The position numbers were made by a program, and so were the translations under genes. Of a stretch of DNA of 64,000 nucleotides, positions 32,424 through 43,416 are shown piece after piece; position 1 is the stretch's first letter; every line of letters begins with the position of its first letter. The notes beneath the pieces were generated by a model that made no database searches, was not told the DNA's origin, and worked only from the letters and a program-made list of their open reading frames with translations. Source of the stretch: Nitrospiraceae bacterium (GTDB lineage: Bacteria; Nitrospirota; Nitrospiria; Nitrospirales; Nitrospiraceae); contig JBDZVU010000005.1 in NCBI GenBank assembly GCA_040255845.1, positions 9,301 through 73,300 on the forward strand. Reading direction: 5' to 3'.

Positions 32424-35400
32424 ATGTACTTGAAATCTCTCGACATGCTCGGGTTCAAGTCGTTTGCCGAGGCCAAGATCGAATTTCCTCAAGGGGTCAC
32501 GGCCATCGTCGGGCCGAACGGAAGCGGCAAGAGCAATGTTGTGGATGCGATCCTGTGGGTGTTGGGCGAGCAGAGCACCAAGACACTCCGAAGCGAAAAG
32601 ATGGAGGACGTCATCTTCAATGGCACCGAGCTCCGCAAGCCGCTGGGCATGGCCGAAGTGTCCCTCGTGATCGGCGGATTGGACCATTCCTCCGTTAAAT
32701 TCGACGGGGGGGCGGGCTTGCCGAGCCAACTGACGGAGTTTCAGGAGCTGATGATCACCCGCCGGTTGTATCGTAACGGCGACAGTGAATATCTCATCAA
32801 CAAGACCCCCTGCCGTTTGAAAGACATCCGCAGCCTTCTCCTTGACACCCGCGCGGGCAGCCGCGGCCACACCATCATCGCGCAGGGGCAGATCGATCAA
32901 ATTTTGAATGCTTCCCCCCAGGACCGCCGCGAACTGATCGAGGAAACAGCCGGCATCGTCCGGTACAAGAAACAGAAAGCCGAGGCGTTGCGGAAGCTGG
33001 ATGCCACCCAACAAAACCTCCTTCGGGTGCGGGACATCATTGCGGAAGTGAAAAAGCAGCTGAATTCGCTGGAGCGGCAGGCGCGCCAGGCCCGTACGTA
33101 CCAGACGCTTCAACAGGAGGCGCGCGGCGTAGAGATTGAGCTGCTGACACGGGAGTACCGCTCGTTGCGCCGGGCGTTGGAGGAGGCGGACGTTGAGGCC
33201 GCGGTGTTGGATCAGCAGGAAGCGGGCACGACGGCCGATCAGGCTCGTTTGGCTGCCGATCTGGAACAGGCGCGCCTCAAGGCGATGGCGATGGGGGACG
33301 CCATGGGTGAAATCCGGACCGCCTTGGCGTCGGTCGAGCAGCAGCAAGCCCAGGCGCTGACGGCGGCGGAGGTTGAACGCAACCGCAGCCAACTCTTCGA
33401 ACAGCAGCAGGTTCAGGAATCGGCGGAGCTGGATGGGCTCGTCCGCGCTCAGGAGGAGCTGGCGGCGGCCGTGGCGGCGGCTGATGCTGCGCTCGCCTCC
33501 ATGGAAGCAGAGATGGAGACGCGGGAGCAGGCGCTCCGGACCCTAGACCATGACATGGAGCGGCTCCTACGGCAGCGAGCGGCCGCGGTGGAAGAGGAAG
33601 AGCGGGGACGGAAGGATATTCTCCAACTCGCGGTCCTCGTGGCCAACACCGAGCAGGGATTGGTACAGCTGACGTCGAAGATAGACGACCTCTTTCGCCG
33701 CGGGGAACGCCTGTCCGGCGAACAACAGGATCTCGCGGCGCAACGGACCGAGGCGGTTGCCCGCCATGAGGCCTTGCGGGATGAATACGGCGCCGCCGAT
33801 CGGCTGGTGGGGGAGCTGCAAGCTACCAGCCGGTCGGTTCAGGAGGAAGCGGGCCGTGTGACGGCCGACAGTCAGTCACTGGATCAACTGATCCTCCGCC
33901 GGTCGGAGGAGTTAGCGGGCGTCGATTCACGATTGGGAGCGTTGGAGAGCCTCGTGCGTGAAGAGATGGGATATGGGCGCGGCGGGTCCGATGATGGAAC
34001 GGCCCTCAAGTCTTGTGAAGGCGTGCGCGACGCCGTCGCCGAATGGCTGACGATCCCCCCCGGCATGGATCGCGCCGTGGAAGCAGTGCTCGGAGAACGG
34101 GTGCGGGGCTGGTTCGTGGACGGCCCGTCCGTGGGGCACAAGGTCCTCGGATTCTTGCAGGAGCAGTCGCTCGGCCGAGGGACGTTCATCCCCCAGCAGC
34201 CACGTTGGGGACGCAGTAGTAGCGAGGCGTGGTGGCCTCAGCTGGCCGATCAAGCCGGGGTCGTGGGCCGCGCCGTCGATCTGGTGCAGACCGACGCGGA
34301 CCGCGTCGCCGCGCGCGATTGTCTATTCGACCGTGTGGTCATTGTGGAAACGCTGAGCGATGCGCTCCGCCTGTGGGACCGCCACACCTGGACGGCGCCC
34401 GACGGGCCGATTCTCGTGACGTTGGCCGGCGAAGTGCTGGATGCCTCCGGTGTTTTGACCGGCGGGCAAATCCAAGGCAGCCAAGGGTTGCTGGAGCGGC
34501 GGCGCGAAGTGCTCGAACTGGAAGCCCGCCGCCGATCGCTCATGGAGGCGCTCGAGCAGGACAAGCAACGGCGGGATGCCTTGCAAGCCCACGCTCACCA
34601 ACTGGCTCAACAGGGAAAACAAGTGGCCGAGTCACTGCGTGCCGCGGAGATGCAGAATCTTTCGCTGCGCAAGGACGAGGAAAAGCTTCAGCAGTTGCTG
34701 GCCGATCTGGATGCCCGATTGGCCGGCATCGCCGCCGAGATCGAAGGTGGAGTCGTGGAGGGCCGGAAGCTGGAACAGGAAAAGCAATCCCTGCGGGGCC
34801 AGCTGGAGCAATGGACCGCCGAGAAACAAGGACAGGAAGCGTCCATGGCCCGGGTGCGGGAACGGTTGGAGCAGATTGACCAGGACGTGCGTGCCCTCCA
34901 GGAGCGCGTCACTGACGCGCGGCTGAGCGTCGAGGGGCTGCGGGCCAAGCGCGAACATGACCAAGCCGATCGCACCCGGATGATCCAGCAAGCACAGGAG
35001 ATGGCCCAGCGACGAGAGTCGTTGCATGCGCACCTTGCCGGTTTGGGAGAGGCCATTGAGCGCAGCCGGGCGGAGCAGCTCCGGCAAGAGGCGTTGTGTG
35101 CCGAGTTAGGGGCCGAGGCAGCGGGCATCAAGGCCAAGCTTGTGGCGGCTCAAGAGGAACAGGTTCAGCAACTGGCCGCGAGCCAAGCGTTGGAATCCGG
35201 CTTGGACGAGCTGCGACGAGCCGTCTCGTCCTTGCGTGAGACGCGCATGGCGGTGGAAGTGCGCCGCGCCGAACTGCGGACACAGCTCGGGTCGGTGGAG
35301 GGGACGTTGTCCGGCACCTATCAACTGGACCCCGCCACGCTGATGGCGTCTGACGACGCCGCGCCGGCGCTTCCGCTGGAGCAGGATTCGGTGCCGCAGG

Positions 35401-36101
35401 AAGCGGCCGACGAGCGATCGGATGCCGAATTGAAGGAGCAATTGCAGAAACTGCGCGACCGCCTCGACCGTATGGGGCCCATCAACCTGGCGGCCATCAG
35501 CGAGCACCAGGAGCTGGAGCAGCGGTACACGTTCCTCACGGCCCAGGAGCAGGACTTGTCCAACTCCATCGCGTCGCTGAAGGAAATCATTCATAGGATC
35601 AACCGGACCACGAAGGAGATGTTTACCGAGACGTTCAACGAACTGCAGCAGAAGTTCACGGAGGTCTTCGGCCAGTTCTTTCCCGGTGGTCGGGCGGAGC
35701 TGCAGCTCGTGGATGAACCGGTCGGGGAAGGAGACAACGCCGCTAATCAAGAGCCGGGTGTCGAGATCGTCGCCCAACCTCCCGGGAAACGGCTCAAGAG
35801 CATTACGATGCTCTCAGGCGGGGAGAAGACCCTCACGGCGATGGCGCTGTTGTTCGCCAGCTTCCTGATCAGACCAACTCCGTTCTGCCTGCTGGACGAG
35901 ATTGACGCGCCGTTGGACGAGGAGAACATCGGACGGTTTACCGGTGTCCTACGGGACCTTTCGCAGAACGCCCAGTTTCTGGTGATCACCCACAACAAGC
36001 GGACGATGGCGATAGCCGACTCGCTCTTCGGCGTGACCATGGAAGAGCCGGGGGTGTCCAAATTGGTGTCCGTGCGGCTGGCGGATCTGCAGCCGGCCTG
36101 A
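32424..36101 (+). CDS. smc: Chromosome partition protein Smc
   Basis: Walker [10 protein letters not shown], long coiled coils, signature [16 protein letters not shown], Walker [14 protein letters not shown] 32424 ([14 protein letters not shown]) chosen. Confidence 0.9.
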   Translation: MYLKSLDMLGFKSFAEAKIEFPQGVTAIVGPNGSGKSNVVDAILWVLGEQSTKTLRSEKMEDVIFNGTELRKPLGMAEVSLVIGGLDHSSVKFDGGAGLPSQLTEFQELMITRRLYRNGDSEYLINKTPCRLKDIRSLLLDTRAGSRGHTIIAQGQIDQILNASPQDRRELIEETAGIVRYKKQKAEALRKLDATQQNLLRVRDIIAEVKKQLNSLERQARQARTYQTLQQEARGVEIELLTREYRSLRRALEEADVEAAVLDQQEAGTTADQARLAADLEQARLKAMAMGDAMGEIRTALASVEQQQAQALTAAEVERNRSQLFEQQQVQESAELDGLVRAQEELAAAVAAADAALASMEAEMETREQALRTLDHDMERLLRQRAAAVEEEERGRKDILQLAVLVANTEQGLVQLTSKIDDLFRRGERLSGEQQDLAAQRTEAVARHEALRDEYGAADRLVGELQATSRSVQEEAGRVTADSQSLDQLILRRSEELAGVDSRLGALESLVREEMGYGRGGSDDGTALKSCEGVRDAVAEWLTIPPGMDRAVEAVLGERVRGWFVDGPSVGHKVLGFLQEQSLGRGTFIPQQPRWGRSSSEAWWPQLADQAGVVGRAVDLVQTDADRVAARDCLFDRVVIVETLSDALRLWDRHTWTAPDGPILVTLAGEVLDASGVLTGGQIQGSQGLLERRREVLELEARRRSLMEALEQDKQRRDALQAHAHQLAQQGKQVAESLRAAEMQNLSLRKDEEKLQQLLADLDARLAGIAAEIEGGVVEGRKLEQEKQSLRGQLEQWTAEKQGQEASMARVRERLEQIDQDVRALQERVTDARLSVEGLRAKREHDQADRTRMIQQAQEMAQRRESLHAHLAGLGEAIERSRAEQLRQEALCAELGAEAAGIKAKLVAAQEEQVQQLAASQALESGLDELRRAVSSLRETRMAVEVRRAELRTQLGSVEGTLSGTYQLDPATLMASDDAAPALPLEQDSVPQEAADERSDAELKEQLQKLRDRLDRMGPINLAAISEHQELEQRYTFLTAQEQDLSNSIASLKEIIHRINRTTKEMFTETFNELQQKFTEVFGQFFPGGRAELQLVDEPVGEGDNAANQEPGVEIVAQPPGKRLKSITMLSGGEKTLTAMALLFASFLIRPTPFCLLDEIDAPLDEENIGRFTGVLRDLSQNAQFLVITHNKRTMAIADSLFGVTMEEPGVSKLVSVRLADLQPA

Positions 36102-36215
36102 CGCCCGTGTTTCTGGGCTGACCGGGGAATGGTATCCACGTAGTCAAGCCGGGGTGTCTTGTCGCTCCGTACGGTAAAACGCCTGAATATTACAGGGGTC
36201 TTCCCTCTCCCTTGC

Positions 36216-36244
36216 TTGACTCCCCTAGATCGCTCTGTTATAAG
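36216..36244 (+). promoter_or_regulatory. Candidate sigma70 promoter (extended -10) of the shc operon
   Basis: TTGACT (36216-36221), 17 nt ending in TGT, TATAAG (36239-36244). Confidence 0.5.
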
Positions 36245-36347
36245 CCGTGCGATGGGCAGCTCTCCGATCGTGCGGTGAGGGGTGTGGATCAGACCCACCC
36301 CCGGCACGCCAGCGTATTCGTCCATCTCATTCGCATCCAAGGAACCG

Positions 36348-38522
36348 ATGAAACTACTCAGGGCGTTGTTCAACCGCCTGTCCGATAGCCTGCTTTCCAA
36401 TGGCGGCGTGAAGCTCAGCCCTGCACCGGAATTGTCGCCCGTCCCGCCGCTTCGATTGGTTTCCGATAAGCCGACGGTGCTGCCGTCTCTGGATGGCACG
36501 TCGCGCCGCGCGGCTCCGCATGCAGTCAGCCAACCGGATGCGATCGATGACGCGATCCGTCGAAGCCAGGCCTGGTTTCTGAGCCGGCAGCATCCCGAAG
36601 GGTACTGGGTCGCCGAGCTCGAAGCCGACACGACGCTCACGTCCGAATACGTGATGCTTCGCCGGTTCTTGGATTGCGTTGATCCGGAGCGCGAGCGGAA
36701 GGCGATCCAATACATCAAGAGCATGCAATTGCCTGACGGCGGCTGGCCGATCTACTACGGGGGCCCGGCCGAGATCAGCGCATCGGTCAAGGCCTATTTT
36801 GCCCTCAAACTCACCGGGGTCTCAGCCGACGAACCCTTCATGGTGCGGGCAAAAGAGCGCATCCTAGCCATGGGCGGGGTCGTCCAAGCCAATGTCTTCA
36901 CGAAAATCGCGCTGGCATTGTTCGACCAGTACGACTGGGAGGGCATCCCACATATGCCGGTAGAGCTGATGCTCCTGCCCAAGAAATTCTATTTCAGCAT
37001 CTACGCCATCTCGTACTGGTCGCGAGCGGTGCTCATTCCGCTGCTCATCGTCTTCGCACATCAGCCTGTGTGCAGGATTTCGAAGGAACAGGGGATCGAC
37101 GAACTCTATCCGATGCCCCGCCACGAGATTCGGTATTGGCGGTTCCCGCCATTCAACAAGGATCAGGCGTGGTTCACCGCCCATAACTTTTTCGTGGCCT
37201 TGGACGCGCTCTTGAAAATCTACGATCGCATGCCGCTCACGTTGTTACGCGAAAAGGCCCTTCACAAGGCGGCGACCTGGATGTTGGAGCGGCTCAAAGG
37301 AAGCGGCGGGTTGGGTGCCATCTATCCCGCGATGGCGAACTCCATCATGGCGCTGCGGTGCCTGGGCTACGAAATGGACGACCCGCTGATCAAAAAGGCG
37401 CTCCGTGAGATCGAAGACCTTGAAGTGTACGATTCCGTCGCGGTGGACGGGCAACGTGTGCCGACGCTGCATCTGCAACCGTGCTTCTCTCCGATCTGGG
37501 ACACAGCGCTGTTGATCAATGCCCTGATTGAAGGGGGCGTACAGGCCGATCATCCGGCTCTCGTGCGGGCCGGGACGTATCTCATGTCACGCCAGACGCA
37601 GATCGTCGGGGATTGGAAAATCTCCTCTCCTCATGCCGAACCCGGCGGCTGGTATTTTCAGTTCGAGAACGAGTTTTATCCGGACGTGGACGATTCGGCC
37701 GTGGTACTGATGGCCCTGTCGAAGCTCAAAATGCCCGACCTGGCCCTGCAAATGGAGTCGATCCGCCGCGGCATGAAATGGGTGCTGGCCATGCAAGGGA
37801 CAGACGGCGGATGGGGCGCCTACGATAAAGACAACAACCGTATCGTCTTCAACTATATTCCCTTTGCGGACCACAAGGCGCTGCTCGATCCCAGCACGTC
37901 CGATTTAACCGGACGGTGCCTCGAAATGCTCGGCGCGCTCGGCTATGATCGGACGCATCCGGCCGTCAAGCCGGCGCTCACCTTTCTCAAACGGGAGCAG
38001 GAGCCCGACGGCAGCTGGTACGGCCGATGGGGCGTCAACTATATCTATGGCACCTGGTCCGTCCTGGCCGGTCTGCGGGCCATTGGGGAAGATCTCTCCG
38101 CTCCGTACATCCGCCGTGCGGTGGCATGGCTCGAGTCCAAGCAAAATCCGGACGGAGGATGGGGCGAGTCGTGCCTGTCCTATGCCGATGAGGCCTACAG
38201 CGGGAAGGGTGAGAGCACGCCGTCACAGACCGCATGGGCGCTCATGGCATTGATGTCCGCCGGGATGACGGATTCGTTCAGCGTCGCGCGTGGGATCCAA
38301 TACCTGCTGCGTCATCAGATGAAGGACGGCTCGTGGGAGGAGGTGCGCCACACGGGCACTGGATTTCCGCGCGTGTTCTACCTTCGCTACCACTGGTACT
38401 GTCAGTACTTCCCGCTCTGGGCCTTGGCGATGTACCGCAACCTCCGCTCACGGGGCAAGATGCGCGCGGACGAAGTGCGCCAACAGGTGCAGGGAACTGG
38501 ATCGTACCGGTTTGAGCATTGA
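36348..38522 (+). CDS. shc: Squalene-hopene cyclase
   Basis: Catalytic DxDD motif YPDVDDSAVV. Repeated QW motifs (QNPDGGWGE, QEPDGSWYGRWG, QMKDGSWEE). Start uncertain: 36282 or 36348. Confidence 0.9.
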   Translation: MKLLRALFNRLSDSLLSNGGVKLSPAPELSPVPPLRLVSDKPTVLPSLDGTSRRAAPHAVSQPDAIDDAIRRSQAWFLSRQHPEGYWVAELEADTTLTSEYVMLRRFLDCVDPERERKAIQYIKSMQLPDGGWPIYYGGPAEISASVKAYFALKLTGVSADEPFMVRAKERILAMGGVVQANVFTKIALALFDQYDWEGIPHMPVELMLLPKKFYFSIYAISYWSRAVLIPLLIVFAHQPVCRISKEQGIDELYPMPRHEIRYWRFPPFNKDQAWFTAHNFFVALDALLKIYDRMPLTLLREKALHKAATWMLERLKGSGGLGAIYPAMANSIMALRCLGYEMDDPLIKKALREIEDLEVYDSVAVDGQRVPTLHLQPCFSPIWDTALLINALIEGGVQADHPALVRAGTYLMSRQTQIVGDWKISSPHAEPGGWYFQFENEFYPDVDDSAVVLMALSKLKMPDLALQMESIRRGMKWVLAMQGTDGGWGAYDKDNNRIVFNYIPFADHKALLDPSTSDLTGRCLEMLGALGYDRTHPAVKPALTFLKREQEPDGSWYGRWGVNYIYGTWSVLAGLRAIGEDLSAPYIRRAVAWLESKQNPDGGWGESCLSYADEAYSGKGESTPSQTAWALMALMSAGMTDSFSVARGIQYLLRHQMKDGSWEEVRHTGTGFPRVFYLRYHWYCQYFPLWALAMYRNLRSRGKMRADEVRQQVQGTGSYRFEH

Positions 38523-39352
38523 CCGGCGCGGTCCTCTCTCCGGTGATGCCCGCCGCCTGCGGTATGCCGCCTCCCATGCGCATCGCTCTCTTTGCCGCCA
38601 CCGTGTGGGAAGTGTCCGCCGTCCGCGACGCCTTCCCGTCGATGAGGCGCCGGAGCGTCGATGGGCATCGGGTCTATGTCGGCTCCGTCGGCAGCCGAGA
38701 ATACTGGTTGATACAGACCGGGGTCGGTGGCCGCAAGGCCGCCGAGTCGGCGGCGTGGTTATTGCAGCAACGCGTGTTCAACTTGGCCGTCTCGACCGGA
38801 TTTGCCTGCGCCTTGATCCCGGCCGAGATCGGGATGCTGCTGGTCGCAAGCGAAGTCGTGTCGATGGGGCCGGAGGTATCCAGCCCGGTTCAGGTGCCGG
38901 GCGCCGAACGTGACGCCTTTCTGGCGTATGTCGGCGAACGCGAGCGCGGAGCCCGGTACGGGACATTTCTTTCGGTCGATCAGATTGTCGGGCAGGCGTC
39001 GGAGAAGCATCGTTATGCGGAAGCGACGGCGGCCGTCGGGCTGGACATGGAAAGCGGAGCGCTGGCTCGGGAAGCCCGGCACCACGGGGTGCCCTTCGTG
39101 ATCGCTCGGACGGTGTCCGATTTGCTCGACGAGAACCTCCCGCTGGACTTCAACTTGTTTCTTGTGCCCTCGAGCTGGGCGAGGGGGCTGGTGGTGTTCT
39201 TGACCGACGTCCCGCGCAGCGTGCGCGGGTTGATCCGCCTGCGCCGGCAGAGTGCGCGCGCGGCGGCTCGCTTGACGGACTTTTTTCACACCTATATGCA
39301 CGCCGCCGGCGCGCTCCTGCCCCTTCCCACCGCCACGAGGGAACCCGCATGA
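38519..39352 (+). CDS. hpnG: Hopanoid-associated phosphorylase/nucleosidase HpnG (PNP_UDP family)
   Basis: MRIALFAATVWE...LIQTGVGGRKAAESA nucleosidase fold. Directly follows shc. Start uncertain: TTG 38519 overlapping the shc stop, or ATG 38576. Confidence 0.65.
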   Translation: MTGAVLSPVMPAACGMPPPMRIALFAATVWEVSAVRDAFPSMRRRSVDGHRVYVGSVGSREYWLIQTGVGGRKAAESAAWLLQQRVFNLAVSTGFACALIPAEIGMLLVASEVVSMGPEVSSPVQVPGAERDAFLAYVGERERGARYGTFLSVDQIVGQASEKHRYAEATAAVGLDMESGALAREARHHGVPFVIARTVSDLLDENLPLDFNLFLVPSSWARGLVVFLTDVPRSVRGLIRLRRQSARAAARLTDFFHTYMHAAGALLPLPTATREPA

Positions 39353-40119
39353 CGCATCTGCTGACGATCATCGGCGGCCTGGTCTTGAAGTACGTCGCCG
39401 AAATGGGTCGCATGCTGATGTTCGTGCTGGCGTCCTTCGCCTGGCTCCTGCGGCCGCCGCTCCGGTTCATGCAAATCCTGAAACAAGTGCATTTCATCGG
39501 CTACAAGTCCACGTTCGTCGTGGTGCTCACAGCGGGGTTTACCGGGATGGTGTTGGGGCTCCAGGGCTATTACACGCTGCGCAAGTTTGGGTCCGAAGGG
39601 TTGCTGGGCTCTGCCGTGGCGCTCAGCATGATCCGGGAGCTCGGTCCCGTGCTGGCGGCGCTCATGGTCACGGCGCGGGCAGGGTCCGCCATGACGGCGG
39701 AAATCGGGATCATGCGTATTACGGAGCAGATCGACGCGTTGGATACGATGGCCATCAATCCGCTGCAGTATCTGATTGCTCCCAAGCTGGTGGCGGCCTT
39801 GGTCGGCGTGCCGCTGCTCGTGGCGATCTTCGACGTCGTCGGCATCTACGGCGGATACCTGGTCGGCGTGGAACTGCTCGGCGTGAGCGCCGGCTCGTAC
39901 TGGACGTCGATCGAATCGGCGGTGGAGTGGAAGGACGTCTACGGCGGCATCCTGAAATCCATCAGTTTCGGGCTGATCGTGAGTTGGGTGTGTTGCTACA
40001 AGGGATTCTACACCCGCATGAGCGCCGAAGGCCTCGGGACCGCGACGACCGAAGCGGTGGTGCTCTCTTCCGTGCTCATCCTCGTCTGGGATTATTTCTT
40101 GACGTCGGTGCTGCTCTAG
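39349..40119 (+). CDS. mlaE: MlaE-like ABC transporter permease
   Basis: MlaE/Ttg2B pattern (ELGPVLAALMVTARAGSAMTAEIGIMRITEQIDAL). ATGA overlap with the hpnG stop. Confidence 0.85.
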   Translation: MTHLLTIIGGLVLKYVAEMGRMLMFVLASFAWLLRPPLRFMQILKQVHFIGYKSTFVVVLTAGFTGMVLGLQGYYTLRKFGSEGLLGSAVALSMIRELGPVLAALMVTARAGSAMTAEIGIMRITEQIDALDTMAINPLQYLIAPKLVAALVGVPLLVAIFDVVGIYGGYLVGVELLGVSAGSYWTSIESAVEWKDVYGGILKSISFGLIVSWVCCYKGFYTRMSAEGLGTATTEAVVLSSVLILVWDYFLTSVLL

Positions 40120-40121
40120 CG

Positions 40122-40874
40122 ATGCTCAAGTTGGTCGGGGTCAAGAAGCGCTTGGGCGGTCAACCGGTGTTGCAGGGTATCGACCTGACGATCCCGGAAG
40201 GAAAACTGACGACCATCATCGGTCGGAGCGGAGAAGGCAAGAGCGTTCTCCTCAAGCATATGATCGGGCTGCTGCAACCTGACGAAGGACAAGTCTGGGT
40301 GGACGACGTGGAAATATCCCGGCTGCGCGGACACGCCCTGAACGAGGTGCGGAAGCGCTTCGCCATGCTGTTTCAGGGCGCAGCGCTGTTCGATTCGATG
40401 ACCGTGTTCGAAAACGTCGCGTTTCCGCTGCGGGAGCGGCTGCGCATGAAGGGTGCGGCGGTCACGGAGCGTGTCGAGGAAAAACTGTCGCAGGTCGGCT
40501 TGGCCGGCATGGGGCACAAGTTTCCTTCCGAACTCAGTGGGGGCATGCGGAAACGGGCGGGACTGGCTCGGGCGTTGGTGATGCAGCCCGAAATCATTTT
40601 ATTCGACGAGCCCACCACCGGGCTGGATCCGCTCATGGCCAAGTCCATCCACGATTTGATCACGACCACGCAACGCAGGTTCGGGTTTACGGCTGTCATG
40701 GTCAGCCACGAGATCCCGGAGATTTTCGGCATCTCGGACTATGTCGCCATGTTGAAGCACGGTACAATCGCCGCCATGGCGCCTCCTGCCGAGTTTCAAC
40801 GCACGACCGATCCGGAGATCAAGGAATTCATTACCGTCGGGGGCACGTATGCGGCCCCTCCTGGAGGCGGGTGA
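40122..40874 (+). CDS. mlaF: MlaF-like ABC transporter ATP-binding protein
   Basis: Walker A GRSGEGKS, signature LSGGMRKRAGLARA, Walker B IILFDEPTTGLD. The start is 2 nt after the mlaE stop. Confidence 0.88.
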   Translation: MLKLVGVKKRLGGQPVLQGIDLTIPEGKLTTIIGRSGEGKSVLLKHMIGLLQPDEGQVWVDDVEISRLRGHALNEVRKRFAMLFQGAALFDSMTVFENVAFPLRERLRMKGAAVTERVEEKLSQVGLAGMGHKFPSELSGGMRKRAGLARALVMQPEIILFDEPTTGLDPLMAKSIHDLITTTQRRFGFTAVMVSHEIPEIFGISDYVAMLKHGTIAAMAPPAEFQRTTDPEIKEFITVGGTYAAPPGGG

Positions 40875-40884
40875 AGGAGCAGCC

Positions 40885-41328
40885 ATGCAGAATACGAAAT
40901 TGGAGCTGATCGTCGGCGTCTTCGTGCTGGTCGGGCTTGTGTGCCTGGGATACCTGTCCATTAAGTTGGGTAAGCTGGAAGTGATCGGCGGGAATCTGTA
41001 CGAGGTCGAGGCCCAATTCACGTCCGCGTCCGGCCTCAAGCCGGGGGCTCCGGTGGAAATCGCCGGTGTCGAAGTGGGTCGCGTCAAGTCGATCACCCTC
41101 AAAGACGACCGCGCCATGGTTCGATTGGGGCTCGACAACGGCACGAAGCTGTACACGGACACCATCGCGTCCATCAAGACGCGCGGCATCATCGGAGAAA
41201 AATACTTGGCCCTCTCACCGGGCGGGGGAGGGGATCCGTTGAAACCGGGAGATCTGATCCGGGACACGGAATCTGGATTGGACCTGGAGGAGTTGGTCAG
41301 CCAGTACGTGCATGGCAAGGTCAACTGA
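40885..41328 (+). CDS. mlaD: MlaD-like MCE-domain substrate-binding protein
   Basis: N-terminal TM (LELIVGVFVLVGLVCLGYL) and MCE domain (GLKPGAPVEIAGVEVGRV). Confidence 0.8.
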   Translation: MQNTKLELIVGVFVLVGLVCLGYLSIKLGKLEVIGGNLYEVEAQFTSASGLKPGAPVEIAGVEVGRVKSITLKDDRAMVRLGLDNGTKLYTDTIASIKTRGIIGEKYLALSPGGGGDPLKPGDLIRDTESGLDLEELVSQYVHGKVN

Positions 41329-41367
41329 CAGCGGATTCATGCGGCAGGAAAATACAACCAGGAGAGC

Positions 41368-42027
41368 ATGAGGATGATCGTCACATCGACCAATGGCATG
41401 CAATGCCCACCGGGGAACGGCGCATTGCGATGGAAGCGACTCGTGACAGGACTGCTGTTATCCATGGCGCTCGCCGTGCCCGCGTATGCCGGCCCCCCGA
41501 CCGACGCCATGAAGGCGACGATCGACGAAGTGTTGAGGATTCTGCGAGAAAAGGAACTGAAGCAGCCGGAGAAGGCCAACGAGCGGCGTCAGCTGTTGGA
41601 GAAGGTGGTGGGATCCCGGTTCGACTATCAGGAAATGTCACGCCGGGCGCTCGGGGCTCCCTGGAACCGGCTGTCCGATCAGGAGAAGCAGGAATTCGTC
41701 GGTTTGTTTCAGACCTTGCTGACCAACACCTACGCCGACAAGATCGAGACCTATTCCGGCGAGGGCGTGCAGTATCTCAACGAGCGCATGGAAAAGAATG
41801 AGTACGCCGAAGTGCGGACGAAAGTGCTGTCCGGGAAGACGGAAATTCCGCTGGACTACCGCCTCATCAACAAGTCCGATGATTGGCGCGTGTATGACGT
41901 GGTGGTGGACGGCGTCAGCCTTGTCAACAATTACCGCGGGCAGTTCACGAAGATTTTGCAGGCGTCATCCTATTCCGATTTGGTCGACCAGCTTCGTAAG
42001 AAGTCCGATAAACTCAAAGCTCCCTGA
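41368..42027 (+). CDS. mlaC: MlaC/Ttg2D-like periplasmic lipid-binding protein
   Basis: Signal peptide LLLSMALAVPAYA. Toluene-tolerance Ttg2D pattern (FDYQEMSRRALGAPWNRLSDQEKQEF...DWRVYDVVVDGVSLV). Confidence 0.8.
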   Translation: MRMIVTSTNGMQCPPGNGALRWKRLVTGLLLSMALAVPAYAGPPTDAMKATIDEVLRILREKELKQPEKANERRQLLEKVVGSRFDYQEMSRRALGAPWNRLSDQEKQEFVGLFQTLLTNTYADKIETYSGEGVQYLNERMEKNEYAEVRTKVLSGKTEIPLDYRLINKSDDWRVYDVVVDGVSLVNNYRGQFTKILQASSYSDLVDQLRKKSDKLKAP

Positions 42028-42047
42028 GAGCCTCTTGCCCCTGCGCC

Positions 42048-43250
42048 ATGACCATCCTGCGCAGCCTTGTTGTACGCCTGCTGTGCCTGCTCGCGGGATC
42101 GGTGATTGCGTGGGAGGGTCCTGCCGGAGCGGACACCCAGGTCTTTCCGGTGCCGTCCGTGTCGACCACGCGCAACGACGGCAACGACGTCGGGCTGATT
42201 GTGCCGATCCTCGTGACCGACCCCGACGGCGAGTTGAAATACCTCATGGCGCCGATGCTGATTCAAAACTCCATCGTCGGCACGCGAGGGACGTTCAACC
42301 TGTTTCGCTACGATCCCGGCGGCCGACAAATGCAATTCATCGCGTCGCTGACCGAGCGAATCGAGCGCAAGCTGCTGTTCAACTACACCGACCCGGCCTT
42401 CAGCAGCGGCCGCTATTTCCTGAACTTCGGGGGCGGGTTTTTCAAGAACGCCACCGCCCGTTTCTGGGGGATCGGCCAAACCACCATGGAGGGCGACGAA
42501 ACCAACTACACCGCCCGCGAATACCGCGCCAATTGGCGTTTTGGCCTGTATGCCAACGAAGTGACACAGATCGCCGTGTCACAGCGCTTCCGGGACGTGC
42601 GCCTGCAGCCCGGTGCCACGGATCTGCCGTTTACCGGCGACCGCTTCGCCTCGGTGCCGGGCGTCGTCGGAGAGACGATGATTCTCGGTACCCGGGCGAG
42701 TTTTCATTACGACACGCGCAACAATTTGATCACGCCGACCGACGGGATGTCGATCAACGCCTATGCGGAAGTGAATAACAATATTCGCAATAGCACGTAT
42801 CCGGTCTACAGCCGGTACGAGCTGGAGATCAAAAAGATGTTTCCCAGCGAATCGAAACGGGCGATTCTCGTCGTCCGGGCGGATCTCCAGGCCACGCTGG
42901 GCGATCAGGTCCCGTTCTTCGAGCAAAGCTCCCTCGGAGGGCAGAACAACCTCCGCGGGTACGGCGCGGACCGGTACATTGACAAGCATCTGATCGCCGC
43001 CAGCATCGAAGAGCGCATCCACTTGATCCGGACGCGGATCGCGGGGGTGACGGCGGATTTCGAAGTGGCTCCTTTTCTGGACACCGGTCAGGTGTTCAGC
43101 GACTACAGAGACGTCACCTTCAAGGACTATCGCATGACGCCAGGGATCGGATTCCGCGGTATTGTGCGGCCGAACGTCGTCGGTCGGATCGACTATGGGT
43201 TCAGTCGGGAGGGCGGTGCAGTGTTTGCTGGATTGGATTTCCCCTATTAG
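42048..43250 (+). CDS. Omp85/BamA-family outer membrane beta-barrel without POTRA repeats
   Basis: Signal peptide. C-terminal surface-antigen (D15) barrel pattern (GGQNNLRGYGADRY...GRIDYGFSREGGAVFAGLDFPY). Confidence 0.6.
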   Translation: MTILRSLVVRLLCLLAGSVIAWEGPAGADTQVFPVPSVSTTRNDGNDVGLIVPILVTDPDGELKYLMAPMLIQNSIVGTRGTFNLFRYDPGGRQMQFIASLTERIERKLLFNYTDPAFSSGRYFLNFGGGFFKNATARFWGIGQTTMEGDETNYTAREYRANWRFGLYANEVTQIAVSQRFRDVRLQPGATDLPFTGDRFASVPGVVGETMILGTRASFHYDTRNNLITPTDGMSINAYAEVNNNIRNSTYPVYSRYELEIKKMFPSESKRAILVVRADLQATLGDQVPFFEQSSLGGQNNLRGYGADRYIDKHLIAASIEERIHLIRTRIAGVTADFEVAPFLDTGQVFSDYRDVTFKDYRMTPGIGFRGIVRPNVVGRIDYGFSREGGAVFAGLDFPY

Positions 43251-43416
43251 CGTTCCGCTGGGGGATCCGTCAGGCCCCGGGAGGCAGGGGATTCTCCTAA
43301 CCGCTTGACACGATGGGGGTTCTATGTGAGACTCGAGCACTGCTCAACGGACCTATCCCTTTCGTCGTTCCAGACGACAGTGCCTTGAGAAGCCGGCATA
43401 ACAAGGAGAGTCTACG

